64,000 bases of DNA, from contig CBDCXR010000004.1 in NCBI GenBank assembly GCA_965223845.1, forward strand, positions 2,400,001-2,464,000. The letters are read 5' to 3'. This document shows, in pieces, positions 51,557 through 61,500 of the stretch (position 1 is the stretch's first letter; each line of letters begins with the position of its first letter). The notes below the pieces were generated by a model. It saw only the letters and a program-made list of their open reading frames with translations. It ran no database searches and was not told where the DNA came from. The DNA is from Planctomycetota bacterium. GTDB taxonomy: Bacteria; Planctomycetota; UBA8108; SXIK01. The translations under genes were made by a program, and so were the position numbers.

Positions 51557-54500
51557 CTAGTCCGACGAATTCTCGTTCGCGGTGTTTGCCACCGGGATCG
51601 CTCCGGGCGGGAGGAGATGTTTCTGCAGCTCGCACAGCCAATCGACCACGCCGCGCGAGGCCGATGCGTCCGCGTTGAACGTTCCCGCAACGCCCTCGTC
51701 GAACAGCAGGTCACCGATATGCTCACCGAGCGCGCGGTAAGCTTCGAACTGGTCTTCATCGAAGAGCTGGTCCGCAGTGCTCTGGTGCGGAAACTCCGGA
51801 TGGCGCTCGTGGTAGTCGAGAATCTGGACGTCCTCGTCGCCCGTGAGCGAGGCCTTCACGTAGAGGATGTAGCCGCGCGGGAGCTTCTTCCCATCGAGGT
51901 CCGTACCGTAGTCGACGACACCGAGAGCGAAATGAGCCCCGCTGTACTCGTCTCGCGAGCGGCGAATCGACGATAGATCGATCTCGGTCGAAACTCCGAG
52001 ATCGATCTTCGCGTGGCGAAGCGCTTTGACGATAGCCCGGCACGAGCGGTCCGCGTCGGCCTCGCCGTCGACGACGATCATGAGCTTGCAGCGGCGGCGA
52101 AGGAGCTCGTAGAGACCGAGATTCTCGATGTGCCCCCCGTCCGAGACGTAGACGAACGGCAGGTTCTCGTGCACCTGACCGCGCGCCTCGCAGAGCAGGT
52201 ACCGGGCGTCGGGTGAACTCGGACCGGTCACCTTCTCGTGCCCTGGATTCCGCAGCCAGTAACCGAGGCGAAGGTTCGCGAGGGTCGTGAGCGGAGTCAA
52301 AGCGGCGATCGTGAATCGCCCCATGAGCGATGACACCGCCGCACCCGAGGTCGCCATCGCCGTCGCGAGATCGAGCGCCGGATTGACGTTCGTCCACTGC
52401 GCGGTCGGCCTATACCCGACGATCGGGCTCCCCGAGTGATGCCGGCTGTAGACGAAAAAGTCCGCGCGCCGTCCGCGCAGATCGGGGTTCTTGCTCGCCG
52501 GAAGATTTACCGCCGAGTTGATCAAGTGGTACGGCGCCGCTCCTGACGCGAGGTCGGCGAGCTCGCGTCGACGAGCCTGTCCGTTCGCATCGACAATAAA
52601 CGTCGCGGCGAGACGCGCTCGGTAAAGGAAATGAAGTGCGGTCTCGTTGACGTCTACGGAGAAGAAGAGCGCGAGCGTCGAGAGGCCCGCAACGAGCGCG
52701 AGACCCGTCGGCGTCAACGGGACGACGGAACCGAGGTGGATGGCGATCGCTAGCGCCGCCGCCGGCGCCGCGACCACGAGCACGAACGCTCCCCAGACCT
52801 CGAGAGATTTCGACGCGCGCGGGACGGCCGAGATCGCTACGAGAATCGCCGCGAGAAGGGCCAGCCCTCCAGCGACCAACGCGGGGTGGAATCGAAGTGC
52901 CGCGTCGTCCGCACTCAGGAACTTCTCGAATAGAGCAAGCGCGAGATAGAAGAAGCCCGCGACGCCGATCGTGAGTCCTGCGCCTCGAACGAAGACCGAC
53001 ACCGTGCGCGTCCAGCGAGAAGGGTGTCGCCAGTTCATAACGAGAACCGCCGCGACCGCCGCCGCGATCGCAACGAGGCCCAAGAGAATCCACTGCCACG
53101 TGAAGTCTCCGGTCGGTCCGCCCGTTGCGGCGTCCGGTGCGCCCACGCCCTCCGCCGACGACGAAGAGTCCGTCGCGAGAAGATTCGCGAGAACGAGGAA
53201 CGACAATGCGACAGCGACCGGCAAGACCGTCCCCAGGAGAGCGATCACGACTCCCAGCGCTCCGCGACGACGGCGGAAGAGGAAGAGGACGCCCGCGACG
53301 ACGAGACTGGCGCCGTAGATTCCCCCGACGACGAGAAGGAGTCGCCCGTCGGTTTGCCAGTGGCTGAATGCAGCGCAGGCTAGCTCCGCAGCGCCGAGGA
53401 CGAGCGATGCGACCAGCGTCAGCGCCGCCGCTTTCCCGACCGACGACGTAAATCCCGCGCGCGGCGACGCACACCGAAGAAAGAGGTACAGAAACGGAAG
53501 CGAGACGACAGTCACTCCGATCCAGCCCCAGACCTGCCCCGGAAGAATCGACGAGTTCGCCTCGAGGATCGCTCCCACGTGTTCGGGAGCGATCGCTGCG
53601 ACGAGCGAGGCGATCGCGATCAAGCCCGCGAACAGAACGGCGGTGTTGATGACGATCCCGTAGGCGATCGCCGCCGCCGCGACGGCCTTGCCGACGAGAT
53701 CGTCGACGCGAAGAAATCGCGCACCGTTTCGAACCGCGCGTCCGGCAACGGATTCGTCGCGGAGCTGCGTATCGACCGGTAGCGAAGGCGGCGGCGACGC
53801 CGTCGAGGCCGATTCGGAATCTCCCGCGCCCGACTCGTCACTCGGCGCCGTCTCCGGCGGGGATTCGCCTTCGGAAGACGACGCGGCGAGACACGAGCTG
53901 ATGAAGGCGCCCGTGTACCCTCCACCCGACACGGTCGAGAGGTAGTCGATGTCGCGAAACACCTTGTGCTTAACGAGCGACTGAACGAAGCCGAGCGAAA
54001 ACGTCGCCGAGCGGATGCCTCCGCCGGAGAGACTGAGCCCCGAGCGACCTTTCCGTTCGCCGCACTTCGAACCGACGAGTTTCCTTCGGCGCTCGATGTT
54101 CGCCGATTCGTCGGTGTAGATCTTCTCCCAGCCTTCGATGAGCGTCCGGCAGCTCGCAGCCGAGAGACTCCAGTCGTCGTCGACCGGATCCTTCCTCGGC
54201 TCGAAGCCCGTCTCCGTGCCGCGGATGTGGTTGTCTTCGGCGAGCTCCGCGAGGACGGTCATAAACTCGCGCACGCTCTCTTGAACGCCGACGAGCTCCG
54301 AACGGAACTTCCGGCAATCATCGTCCGATTTGAACGCGCCGGCGACGAGCTTACCGTGCCAGTTCGCGGTAAACGGACGCAGTCGACGATTGAGAAGAAT
54401 GGTGCTCAGCGTCGCGAAGTGCCACGCCTTGCGGCCCTTGTCCCTCGTCAGCTTCCGAACGAGATCGAAAAGCGAGAAAACGCTCTTCAGTGCTGTCGCT

Positions 54501-54724
54501 TCATCGCCGGAACGCGGGTGGAGCGGCTGAGTGGTGATCCGCGTGCGGAGCTCCGTGTAGAGATCCCACGCTGCCTCGCCGTCCTCCTTGCTCGGCTGCC
54601 ACGGCGCCTCCGCGAGATGGGCCAGCGGCGAGTCGCCCGTCGTCGCGTCTTCGCCGAGCACGCGCTCGAGCCTCGATTTCCACGTGCCCGCTGACGTCGT
54701 CTCTTCGTTCCCCGCTTCGACCAT
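51557..54724 (-). CDS. Patatin/cPLA2-like phospholipase with a multi-TM insertion and an uncharacterised N-terminal helical domain
   Basis: LSLSGGGIRSA (oxyanion loop), YLSTVSGG (nucleophile Ser), SDGGHIENLG (catalytic Asp) and FPHQST.DQ.F; about 10 hydrophobic segments; GGAGG RBS before ATG 54724. Confidence 0.88.
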   Translation of the reverse strand: MVEAGNEETTSAGTWKSRLERVLGEDATTGDSPLAHLAEAPWQPSKEDGEAAWDLYTELRTRITTQPLHPRSGDEATALKSVFSLFDLVRKLTRDKGRKAWHFATLSTILLNRRLRPFTANWHGKLVAGAFKSDDDCRKFRSELVGVQESVREFMTVLAELAEDNHIRGTETGFEPRKDPVDDDWSLSAASCRTLIEGWEKIYTDESANIERRRKLVGSKCGERKGRSGLSLSGGGIRSATFSLGFVQSLVKHKVFRDIDYLSTVSGGGYTGAFISSCLAASSSEGESPPETAPSDESGAGDSESASTASPPPSLPVDTQLRDESVAGRAVRNGARFLRVDDLVGKAVAAAAIAYGIVINTAVLFAGLIAIASLVAAIAPEHVGAILEANSSILPGQVWGWIGVTVVSLPFLYLFLRCASPRAGFTSSVGKAAALTLVASLVLGAAELACAAFSHWQTDGRLLLVVGGIYGASLVVAGVLFLFRRRRGALGVVIALLGTVLPVAVALSFLVLANLLATDSSSSAEGVGAPDAATGGPTGDFTWQWILLGLVAIAAAVAAVLVMNWRHPSRWTRTVSVFVRGAGLTIGVAGFFYLALALFEKFLSADDAALRFHPALVAGGLALLAAILVAISAVPRASKSLEVWGAFVLVVAAPAAALAIAIHLGSVVPLTPTGLALVAGLSTLALFFSVDVNETALHFLYRARLAATFIVDANGQARRRELADLASGAAPYHLINSAVNLPASKNPDLRGRRADFFVYSRHHSGSPIVGYRPTAQWTNVNPALDLATAMATSGAAVSSLMGRFTIAALTPLTTLANLRLGYWLRNPGHEKVTGPSSPDARYLLCEARGQVHENLPFVYVSDGGHIENLGLYELLRRRCKLMIVVDGEADADRSCRAIVKALRHAKIDLGVSTEIDLSSIRRSRDEYSGAHFALGVVDYGTDLDGKKLPRGYILYVKASLTGDEDVQILDYHERHPEFPHQSTADQLFDEDQFEAYRALGEHIGDLLFDEGVAGTFNADASASRGVVDWLCELQKHLLPPGAIPVANTANENSSD

Positions 54725-54768
54725 CGGCCCCTCCGTCGGCTCGCTCGCTCCCGCTTTGACGTGACGGC

Positions 54769-54873
54769 ATCTTCTTCTGTCCACGAAACACTGTCAATCG
54801 AGGCGAGACGTTCGTACTCGTGCGGGCTCCGTGATCGACCGGCGTTGACATCGAATCACGAGAGGACGACACT
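54769..54873. promoter_or_regulatory. Putative back-to-back sigma70 promoters
   Basis: TTGACA on the minus strand (54792-54797) with GAAGAT 17 nt downstream; TTGACA on the plus strand (54845-54850) with GACACT 17 nt downstream. Confidence 0.45.
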
Positions 54874-54979
54874 GAGACCCAACGGTAACGATCGTGGAAC
54901 GGGCGGCTGTGGTCTCGCGCGACGCCCGCCGTCCAGTCGTGCGCCTTACGATCGAGCGTCTCGTCTGGGAGTCGACGTA

Positions 54980-55507
54980 ATGCCTCTCAAGCTCAGCTCC
55001 TTCAGCATCAATCTTCCGTTCGGAATCGGAGGGATGGACGTCATCGTCTCCGAAGCCCAAGCGAACGCGGCATGGGCGCTCTACGTCGAGCTCGCGACGC
55101 GCATCGCAACCGAAAAGCTCGAGCCTGGGCAGGGTCTCGTCCGTGAAGCCTTGACCTCGATCTACAAGCTCTTCGACATCATCCGAGGCGTGCTCAAAGA
55201 CCAGGGCCCGGGTGTCGCGGCCGGACCGAACTCGGTCGGGCCGATCGCGATCGAAGTGCTCAATCGCGGGCTCCGTCCGTTTCTGGTCCGCTGGCACACG
55301 AGCTTCAGCGAATTCGAGCGAGCGGAGACGAAGCGGCAGCGCGTCGAATTCGGCGCGGACGCTCCGGTGGTAATCGAGGACCGCGATTGGCCGGAGCGCG
55401 ACGCGTTTTACGAGGCGCTCGAGGAGAATCGTCTGGCTCTCAAGCAGTACGTCGACGCGCTCGGAGCGATCGCCGGCGTCGCGCAATCGGAGAGTGACGG
55501 TCGCTGA
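54980..55507 (+). CDS. Small helical protein homologous to the N-terminal domain of the neighbouring patatin
   Basis: ATG with a GGGAG RBS; AAW.LY.EL.TRI and LNR.LRPF...WH motifs shared with the patatin N-terminus. Confidence 0.85.
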   Translation: MPLKLSSFSINLPFGIGGMDVIVSEAQANAAWALYVELATRIATEKLEPGQGLVREALTSIYKLFDIIRGVLKDQGPGVAAGPNSVGPIAIEVLNRGLRPFLVRWHTSFSEFERAETKRQRVEFGADAPVVIEDRDWPERDAFYEALEENRLALKQYVDALGAIAGVAQSESDGR

Positions 55508-55537
55508 CGTCGGCCGCCTAGGGCGTGAAGGGACGCG

Positions 55538-57622
55538 GTGAGCGGAACCTCGATGACTCGTCTTCCGTTTCGGATCCAGGTCCTCCACCACCCGCAGTCC
55601 GATGCGGGCGCGCGATTCGCGCGAGCGCTATTCGATCGGTTCTCCCTCTCGCGCGGACCGCGGATTCCGCTCGTCTACGGGAGCGAGCAACCGAACGGCG
55701 GGCCGCCCGATCGACTCGAGCTCGACGCGGCGGAGAAATCGGTCGTCGTCGTCCTCGCCGACAAACGCATGGCGCGCCGTGTCGCGGGTGGCAGCGGCCC
55801 AGCGTGGGCGAAGTTTCTGATCGAGTCGCTCGCGCTCGTCCCGCCGGGCTCTCCCGATCACTGTGTTCTTCCCGTGGCGCTCGACGTCGGAGCGTTCGAC
55901 CTCGGATCCGAGCTCGAAGAGACGAGCTTCGTCCGCTTGGACGCGATCAAGGACGAAGAGAAGGAAGCGGAGCTCGAGTATCGAGTCGCGGTCAACAGCC
56001 TCGAAATCTTGGGGTTTCGAGTCCCAGACAAGTCGACGGTGACGAGCGATCGACCGCGTCCGCCGGTCAACTTCTTCCTCAGCCACGCGAAGCAGGACCT
56101 TCCCGCCCCGGGGGAAGACGGTCCCGTCGGCGCAATCCTCAAGCACTTCGCCGACGGTCGTGTCGATAGTTGGTACGACGCGAAAGACATTCGCGCGGGG
56201 GAAAACTTCGCCGCCCGCATCGAGAGTGGAGTCGATCGCGCCTCGGCGCTGATCGCGGTGATCACCGATTCCTTCGCCTCGCGCGAGTGGTGCCGGAAGG
56301 AGATCCTCTTCGCGAAGACCCGCTGCGGACCGGTGGTCGTCGTCGACGCCGTTGAGGCGGGCGAATCGCGCGCGTTTCCCTACATCGGAAACGCACCGAC
56401 CATCCGTTGGCGACCGGGCCCCTACGCAGCGCGAGACGTCGTCCTCGCCGCCGTGCGGGAGGCGCTCAAGTTCGAACATCACCTGGCGACGCTGCGCGCG
56501 AGAGAGAACGAGTCGACGAAGGTGCTTCCGAGCGCACCGGAGCTCATTTCCATCGCGGGGCTCGACGCAGCGGTTCGTCGCATCGTCTATCCCGACCCTC
56601 CCCTCGGCCGCGAGGAGCTCGAGCTCCTCGGGAATGCACGCGGCGACCTCGAGTTCACGACCCCGCTCTCGGAGCTCGCGTCGCACCGTCCGCACTCCGG
56701 GACGCGTCCGCATCGTCTCGGACTCTCGATCTCGGGGAGTCAAGACATCCGGGCGTACGGCGTCGGCCCCGAGCACATGGCCGCGTTCGCCGACGACCTC
56801 GCCCTCTTCTTTCTCCTCGCCGGCTCGCAGCTCGTCTACGGCGGCAATCTGTCCCACGGTGGCGGCGACGGGGACGAGGAGAATTTCGTGACGAGGCTCT
56901 TCGGCGCGGTGCGCAGTTACTCCCCGCTCGCGAAGGATCTCGGTCTCGAAGATCGGGCGGGCGTGTATCCACTCGTCAACTACGCGCCGTGGCCGCTTCA
57001 CCACGCCTTCTCCGACGAGCAGTACGATCAGTTCGGGAAGCTCGCGGGTCTCGAAGAGCTCGAGCGACCCCACTCGCTCGGCGTCGACGAGGGGGAGCTC
57101 GGCGTGAAGGACGGGGAGTTCTTCATCGCCGACACTCCGGCCCGGCGATTCGCCTGGGCGCGGTCGCTCACGGAGCTCCGCACGAGGCTCGTCGCAGAGA
57201 CCGACTCCCGCGTCGTCCTCGGCGGGAAGACGAAGGGGTTCTTCGGCGTGTACCCCGGAGTTCTCGAGGAGGCGGTTCTCACCCTCGAGTCGCAGGATCC
57301 GAAGCCACTCTTCGTCGTCGGAGCCTTCGGCGGCGCGGGACGGATCGTCGTCGACATGCTTCGCGGCGTCGACCGCGAGGAACTCACGACCGAGTGGGCG
57401 GAGCAGAATATCGACGACTACGACGCGGTCGTCGACCTCTACGCCCGCGCCGGAATCCCGTTTCGAACGCCGGAGTCCATCGCGGATTCGCTCCGGGCGA
57501 AGCGCGCTCTCGGTTTCGCCGGTGCGCTGCGGAACGGACTGAGCGACGAGGAGAACGAAGAGCTCTTCGACGGGACGGATCCACGGCGACTCGTGGAGCT
57601 CGTGCTCAGGGCTCGCGAATAA
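55538..57622 (+). CDS. TIR domain protein with a C-terminal SLOG-like domain
   Basis: TIR FFLSHAKQD..SWYD..SREWCRKE (catalytic-position Glu); YPDPPLG; SLOG-like LGLSIS..LVYGG..RVVLGGK..PGVLEEA..GAFGGAG. Start at 55538 or 55553. Confidence 0.85.
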   Translation: MSGTSMTRLPFRIQVLHHPQSDAGARFARALFDRFSLSRGPRIPLVYGSEQPNGGPPDRLELDAAEKSVVVVLADKRMARRVAGGSGPAWAKFLIESLALVPPGSPDHCVLPVALDVGAFDLGSELEETSFVRLDAIKDEEKEAELEYRVAVNSLEILGFRVPDKSTVTSDRPRPPVNFFLSHAKQDLPAPGEDGPVGAILKHFADGRVDSWYDAKDIRAGENFAARIESGVDRASALIAVITDSFASREWCRKEILFAKTRCGPVVVVDAVEAGESRAFPYIGNAPTIRWRPGPYAARDVVLAAVREALKFEHHLATLRARENESTKVLPSAPELISIAGLDAAVRRIVYPDPPLGREELELLGNARGDLEFTTPLSELASHRPHSGTRPHRLGLSISGSQDIRAYGVGPEHMAAFADDLALFFLLAGSQLVYGGNLSHGGGDGDEENFVTRLFGAVRSYSPLAKDLGLEDRAGVYPLVNYAPWPLHHAFSDEQYDQFGKLAGLEELERPHSLGVDEGELGVKDGEFFIADTPARRFAWARSLTELRTRLVAETDSRVVLGGKTKGFFGVYPGVLEEAVLTLESQDPKPLFVVGAFGGAGRIVVDMLRGVDREELTTEWAEQNIDDYDAVVDLYARAGIPFRTPESIADSLRAKRALGFAGALRNGLSDEENEELFDGTDPRRLVELVLRARE

Positions 57623-57921
57623 TCCGCGCCGCTTGCCCCGTTTCAACTACACGATCTCGGCGATCGAAGAGCCTCCCTGCGCGCCACCGAGTCGACAAGT
57701 CGTTTCGGAGGCAGCACTTATCGCCTTGACAGCCCGGTCTTAATACGAGCACACTGGGCGCGTCGTCAGAACGCAGCGAAGGTCCGAATCGGTCGGACCC
57801 CGGGACAAGTGGACGCCTGTCGAATCGAACACTCGGTTTTCTTGTGTTCCTCCGAACAGACGACAACTGCGCGCGCAGGTTCGGGTGGGCAGTCGACGGG
57901 ACGGAGCAGTGAGGAACTCAC

Positions 57922-58314
57922 GTGTACATCGTCAACGCGAGTCAGGCGCAGATTGAGTACGATCTGTCGTTTTCGGGACAGTATTCCGGGACGCTCGACC
58001 CGGGCGAGGCGACGCAGTATCCCTCGGGGTTCATACCCTCGGGGGAGTCGGGGACGATCACGGTAAGCGGGTACAACAACGTCACCGTGACGGACGACGA
58101 AACGGTCGAGTACAAAGACAACCAAACCGTGACGGAGTCGACGGCTAGTCCGACGCTGTCGAACTGGTGTGAGTTCGAGTGGCAAAACGGGGCTTGGGAG
58201 CCGACGGGCATGAATCAGTGCGGCACGAATAAGGTCTGTCCGACGGTGGAGGAAGTAAACGCCAGCAAAGGTCCTGGGACGGACGGCCAGCAAATCTACG
58301 AGCAGTGCGAGTGA
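57922..58314 (+). CDS. Small acidic hypothetical protein with a C-terminal 4-Cys region
   Basis: GTG start with a GAGGA RBS and a composition unlike shadow ORFs. Confidence 0.65.
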   Translation: MYIVNASQAQIEYDLSFSGQYSGTLDPGEATQYPSGFIPSGESGTITVSGYNNVTVTDDETVEYKDNQTVTESTASPTLSNWCEFEWQNGAWEPTGMNQCGTNKVCPTVEEVNASKGPGTDGQQIYEQCE

Positions 58315-58593
58315 TCGCGGCGGGCGAAGAGGTCTCGTCCGCGGGTTCTGGCAGGACACCTGAGCCCGTACGACGATCTTAAAGGCTTCGTGAGGGTCGT
58401 GGACTCACCGAGCGACCCTCACCGAGCCACCCAGCGGGTTTCTGATCGGAAGAGTCGAGTTTCGAAAAGTCTAGCGCGAGCAGAGGTGGGACGAGCCTCG
58501 CTCGGGCGACCGGCGGTTCGTGTTCGACTGTAGTCGTCGACAGTCCATCCTGTCGAGGCACTGGCGCTCTTACTCTCCTTAGGTCATCTCCCA

Positions 58594-61500
58594 GTGAGTC
58601 CCGATCCCCTCGAGCGCCTCCGCGGTCAAATCAACGAGGAACTGGCTCGGCTCTGCGACGAACACCCGGAACGGAGCGGGGAGTTCACGACATTCGGGCA
58701 CGGCGTCGTCGCAATCCTCGACCGGCTCGCAGATTCTCTCGCCGGTGATGTAGACCGCACGGTATCGCTCGCGCCGGCAGACGCGGCCGCCCTTGATACG
58801 ATTTCAACTCCGGCGGGCGCCGGCTCTTACGAGGAACGGAGCGAGCTCGGACGTGGGGGGATGGGCGTGGTCCTCGAAGTCTGGGATCAGCGCATCCAGC
58901 GACCGCTCGCCATGAAGGTTCTCCTCAACGAGGGCGGCGCGGTGTCCGGATCGAACACGACGAGCGGCGTCGTCGCGCGGTTTCTCCGAGAGGCGCGGAT
59001 CACGGGCCAGCTCAGTCACCCGGGGATCGTGCCCGTTCACGAGATCGGCAAGGATCCCGCCGGTCGAGTGTACTTCACCATGCAGGTGGTTGCAGGTAAG
59101 AGCCTCAAGGAGGAACTGACCGACGCGCGTAGCGAATCCGAGACGTCCGCTCCGACCCGATTTCTCGGCGTCCTCGTTAGAGTGTGCGAGACCTTGTCGT
59201 TCGCCCACTCCCGCGGGGTCATCCATCGCGATCTCAAGCCGGCGAATATCATGGTGGGTCGCTTTGGCGAGGTGTACCTCATGGATTGGGGGCTCGCGAA
59301 GGTCATCCGCGAAACGGATGAGCTCTTCGGCGTCACCGAACTAGACCCAGGTTCTGGCGCGGCGTCCGAATCATCGGCGGTGGAAATGACCATCGACGGC
59401 GCGGTCATCGGAACTCCGATGTACATGCCCCCCGAGCAAGCGATGGGTCACATCGACGTCTTGGACGAGCGTTCGGACGTCTATTCTCTCGGCGCCATTC
59501 TCTACGAGTTGATCGCCGAGCGCGCGCCGTATCGCGACCAGGAGGGTTTGAGCAGCCCGATGGAAATCGTGGATGCGGTGCGAACTGGCCCGCCGACCGC
59601 CCTCCATCGTGTTCGGGCGAACACACCTCCTGAACTCCTGGCCATTTGCGAGAAGGCGATGGCCCGAGGCCCGGATGACCGCTATCAGTCCGCAGAGGAG
59701 ATGCGTGAGGATCTCCGTGCGTTTCTCGACAACCGAGTCGTTGAGGCGTACCGGACGGGAGCGCTCGTCGAGCTTCGGAAGTGGATCGCTCGCAATCGCA
59801 GCGAAGCCGCCGCGATCGGAGCCGCAGCGGCCATCGCAATCGCGGCGTTTGTGTCCGTAGCGTGGGTGCAGTCTCGCCGGGCCACGGATCTCGAGGAGTA
59901 TTCTCGTGGCGTCGAGGAAGCCCGCGGCCGCACGGAGCAGGCCCTCCGCGAGGAGGAAGCCGCCCATCGGCGTTCTCAGGGATTGTATCTCGCCGCTCAG
60001 TCGACTCGCGTCGAATCGGAGAATCCCGGTCTCGCGCTTCGACTCGCGCTGGAGTCGCACCGGGAACTCCCCAGCGTGTTCGCGAACAGCTCCATTCTCC
60101 GGTCACTGCGGGTATCGCATGAGATTTCGGACTCAGCATTTGGTCTAGATCCTAAGGGCTCGCCGCCTCAACTGAGTCCCCGAGGCGATCGATTCGCGTA
60201 CGCGCGAACGGATGGGGCGGTCGTCGTCGCGGATTTCGAGTCCGGCGCTACAGTGTCTCTGCTGGTCGACCAAGGACGACGACTGGATCAGCTCACGTTT
60301 CACCCTGACGGACAACGGATCGCGACGTCGTCCTCCGATGGGACTGCGTGCGTTTGGGACGCAGAATCTGGACGTCTCCTCACGCGCTTCACGGGTCACT
60401 TAGACGATGGCGACGAACCCTTTGTCGCGTCCATTGCGTTTAGCCCGGATGGCTCGCAGGCAGTTTCCGCGGGTCGCGGCGTCGCACGAATTTGGCGACC
60501 GGATACCGGCGAGGAAATACGAAAACTCCGCGGTCATGACGCGGCCGAATTGATACACGGCGCGGTCTACAGTCCAGATGGGTCGTTGATCGTGACGCAC
60601 TCGCACGATCGAACGGCCCGAATCTACAATACCGCGGTGGTCGATCTGGGCGCGGTCATCGCGAGGCACGAGGGGTGGATCAGCACTGCTCTGTTCGATC
60701 CGACCGGACGCTTCGTCTTAACGCTAGACGACGAACGGAATCGAAAGCCGACGCCCTCAATGCGCCGAATTCTTCGTGTCTGGAACGTATTGGAAGGGCG
60801 TGAGGAAGAACCCCGCCGACACGAGGAAAAGATCGTCGGCGCGTGCTTCACTCCCGACGGACGCAAGATCATCAGCGCGACGTCGGATGGAATCTTTATC
60901 TGGGACACCGATTCCGGCGAGTGCACGACTGTCAATCCGCTCGGAGGAGGAATTCCGTCCTGTATCGCGATTCGAGGCGACGGCGCGCAGCTCCTCGAGG
61001 GTCGATCCGATGGCACGGTTCGGATCTGGGACTTAGAGTCGATTGCCGTCGCCCGCGTGCTGCGCGCGCACGATTCGCGCATAACGTCGGCGTTGTTCAC
61101 TCGTGACGGACGCGGAGTCTTGACGAGCTCGTTCGATGGAACCGTGCGCGCTTGGCGCACAAACCGTCATCACGAGCTTAGCGCCACGCGCGTCGGAGGC
61201 GAGCCGAGGTTTGCCGAGGTCAGCGCGGACGGGAGGTTGATGGTCGCGGCCGTGCTCAACGCCCGATCTGCTACCGTCTCGTCGGTTGGCGACCCCCGCC
61301 CCTCGATAGTGCTTGATCACGCCGCGAACATCGCGGGGGTCGAGCTGCGTGCTGAACAGAACACTGTCGTTACCTGGGACAAGGAGAAGACAGCACGGGT
61401 ATGGGATATAGAGAGCGGGCGTCTTCGTTCGACGATCGGCCCGGTATCAACTCGGAGCGTGAGTCGAGACGCTCGTTTTTTGATGGGAATCGGTTCCGAT

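Noticed and set aside
55628-57646. 672-aa minus-strand ORF (and similar long ORFs at 139-2031, 26184-28145, 34662-36863 and 41448-43424)
   Set aside because: These are antisense or off-frame shadows of well-supported genes, Arg-rich and without motifs, as expected in high-GC DNA.
58390-58422. Hairpin GTGAGGGTCG / CGACCCTCAC
   Set aside because: It is a single copy with no U-tract, so no function can be supported.
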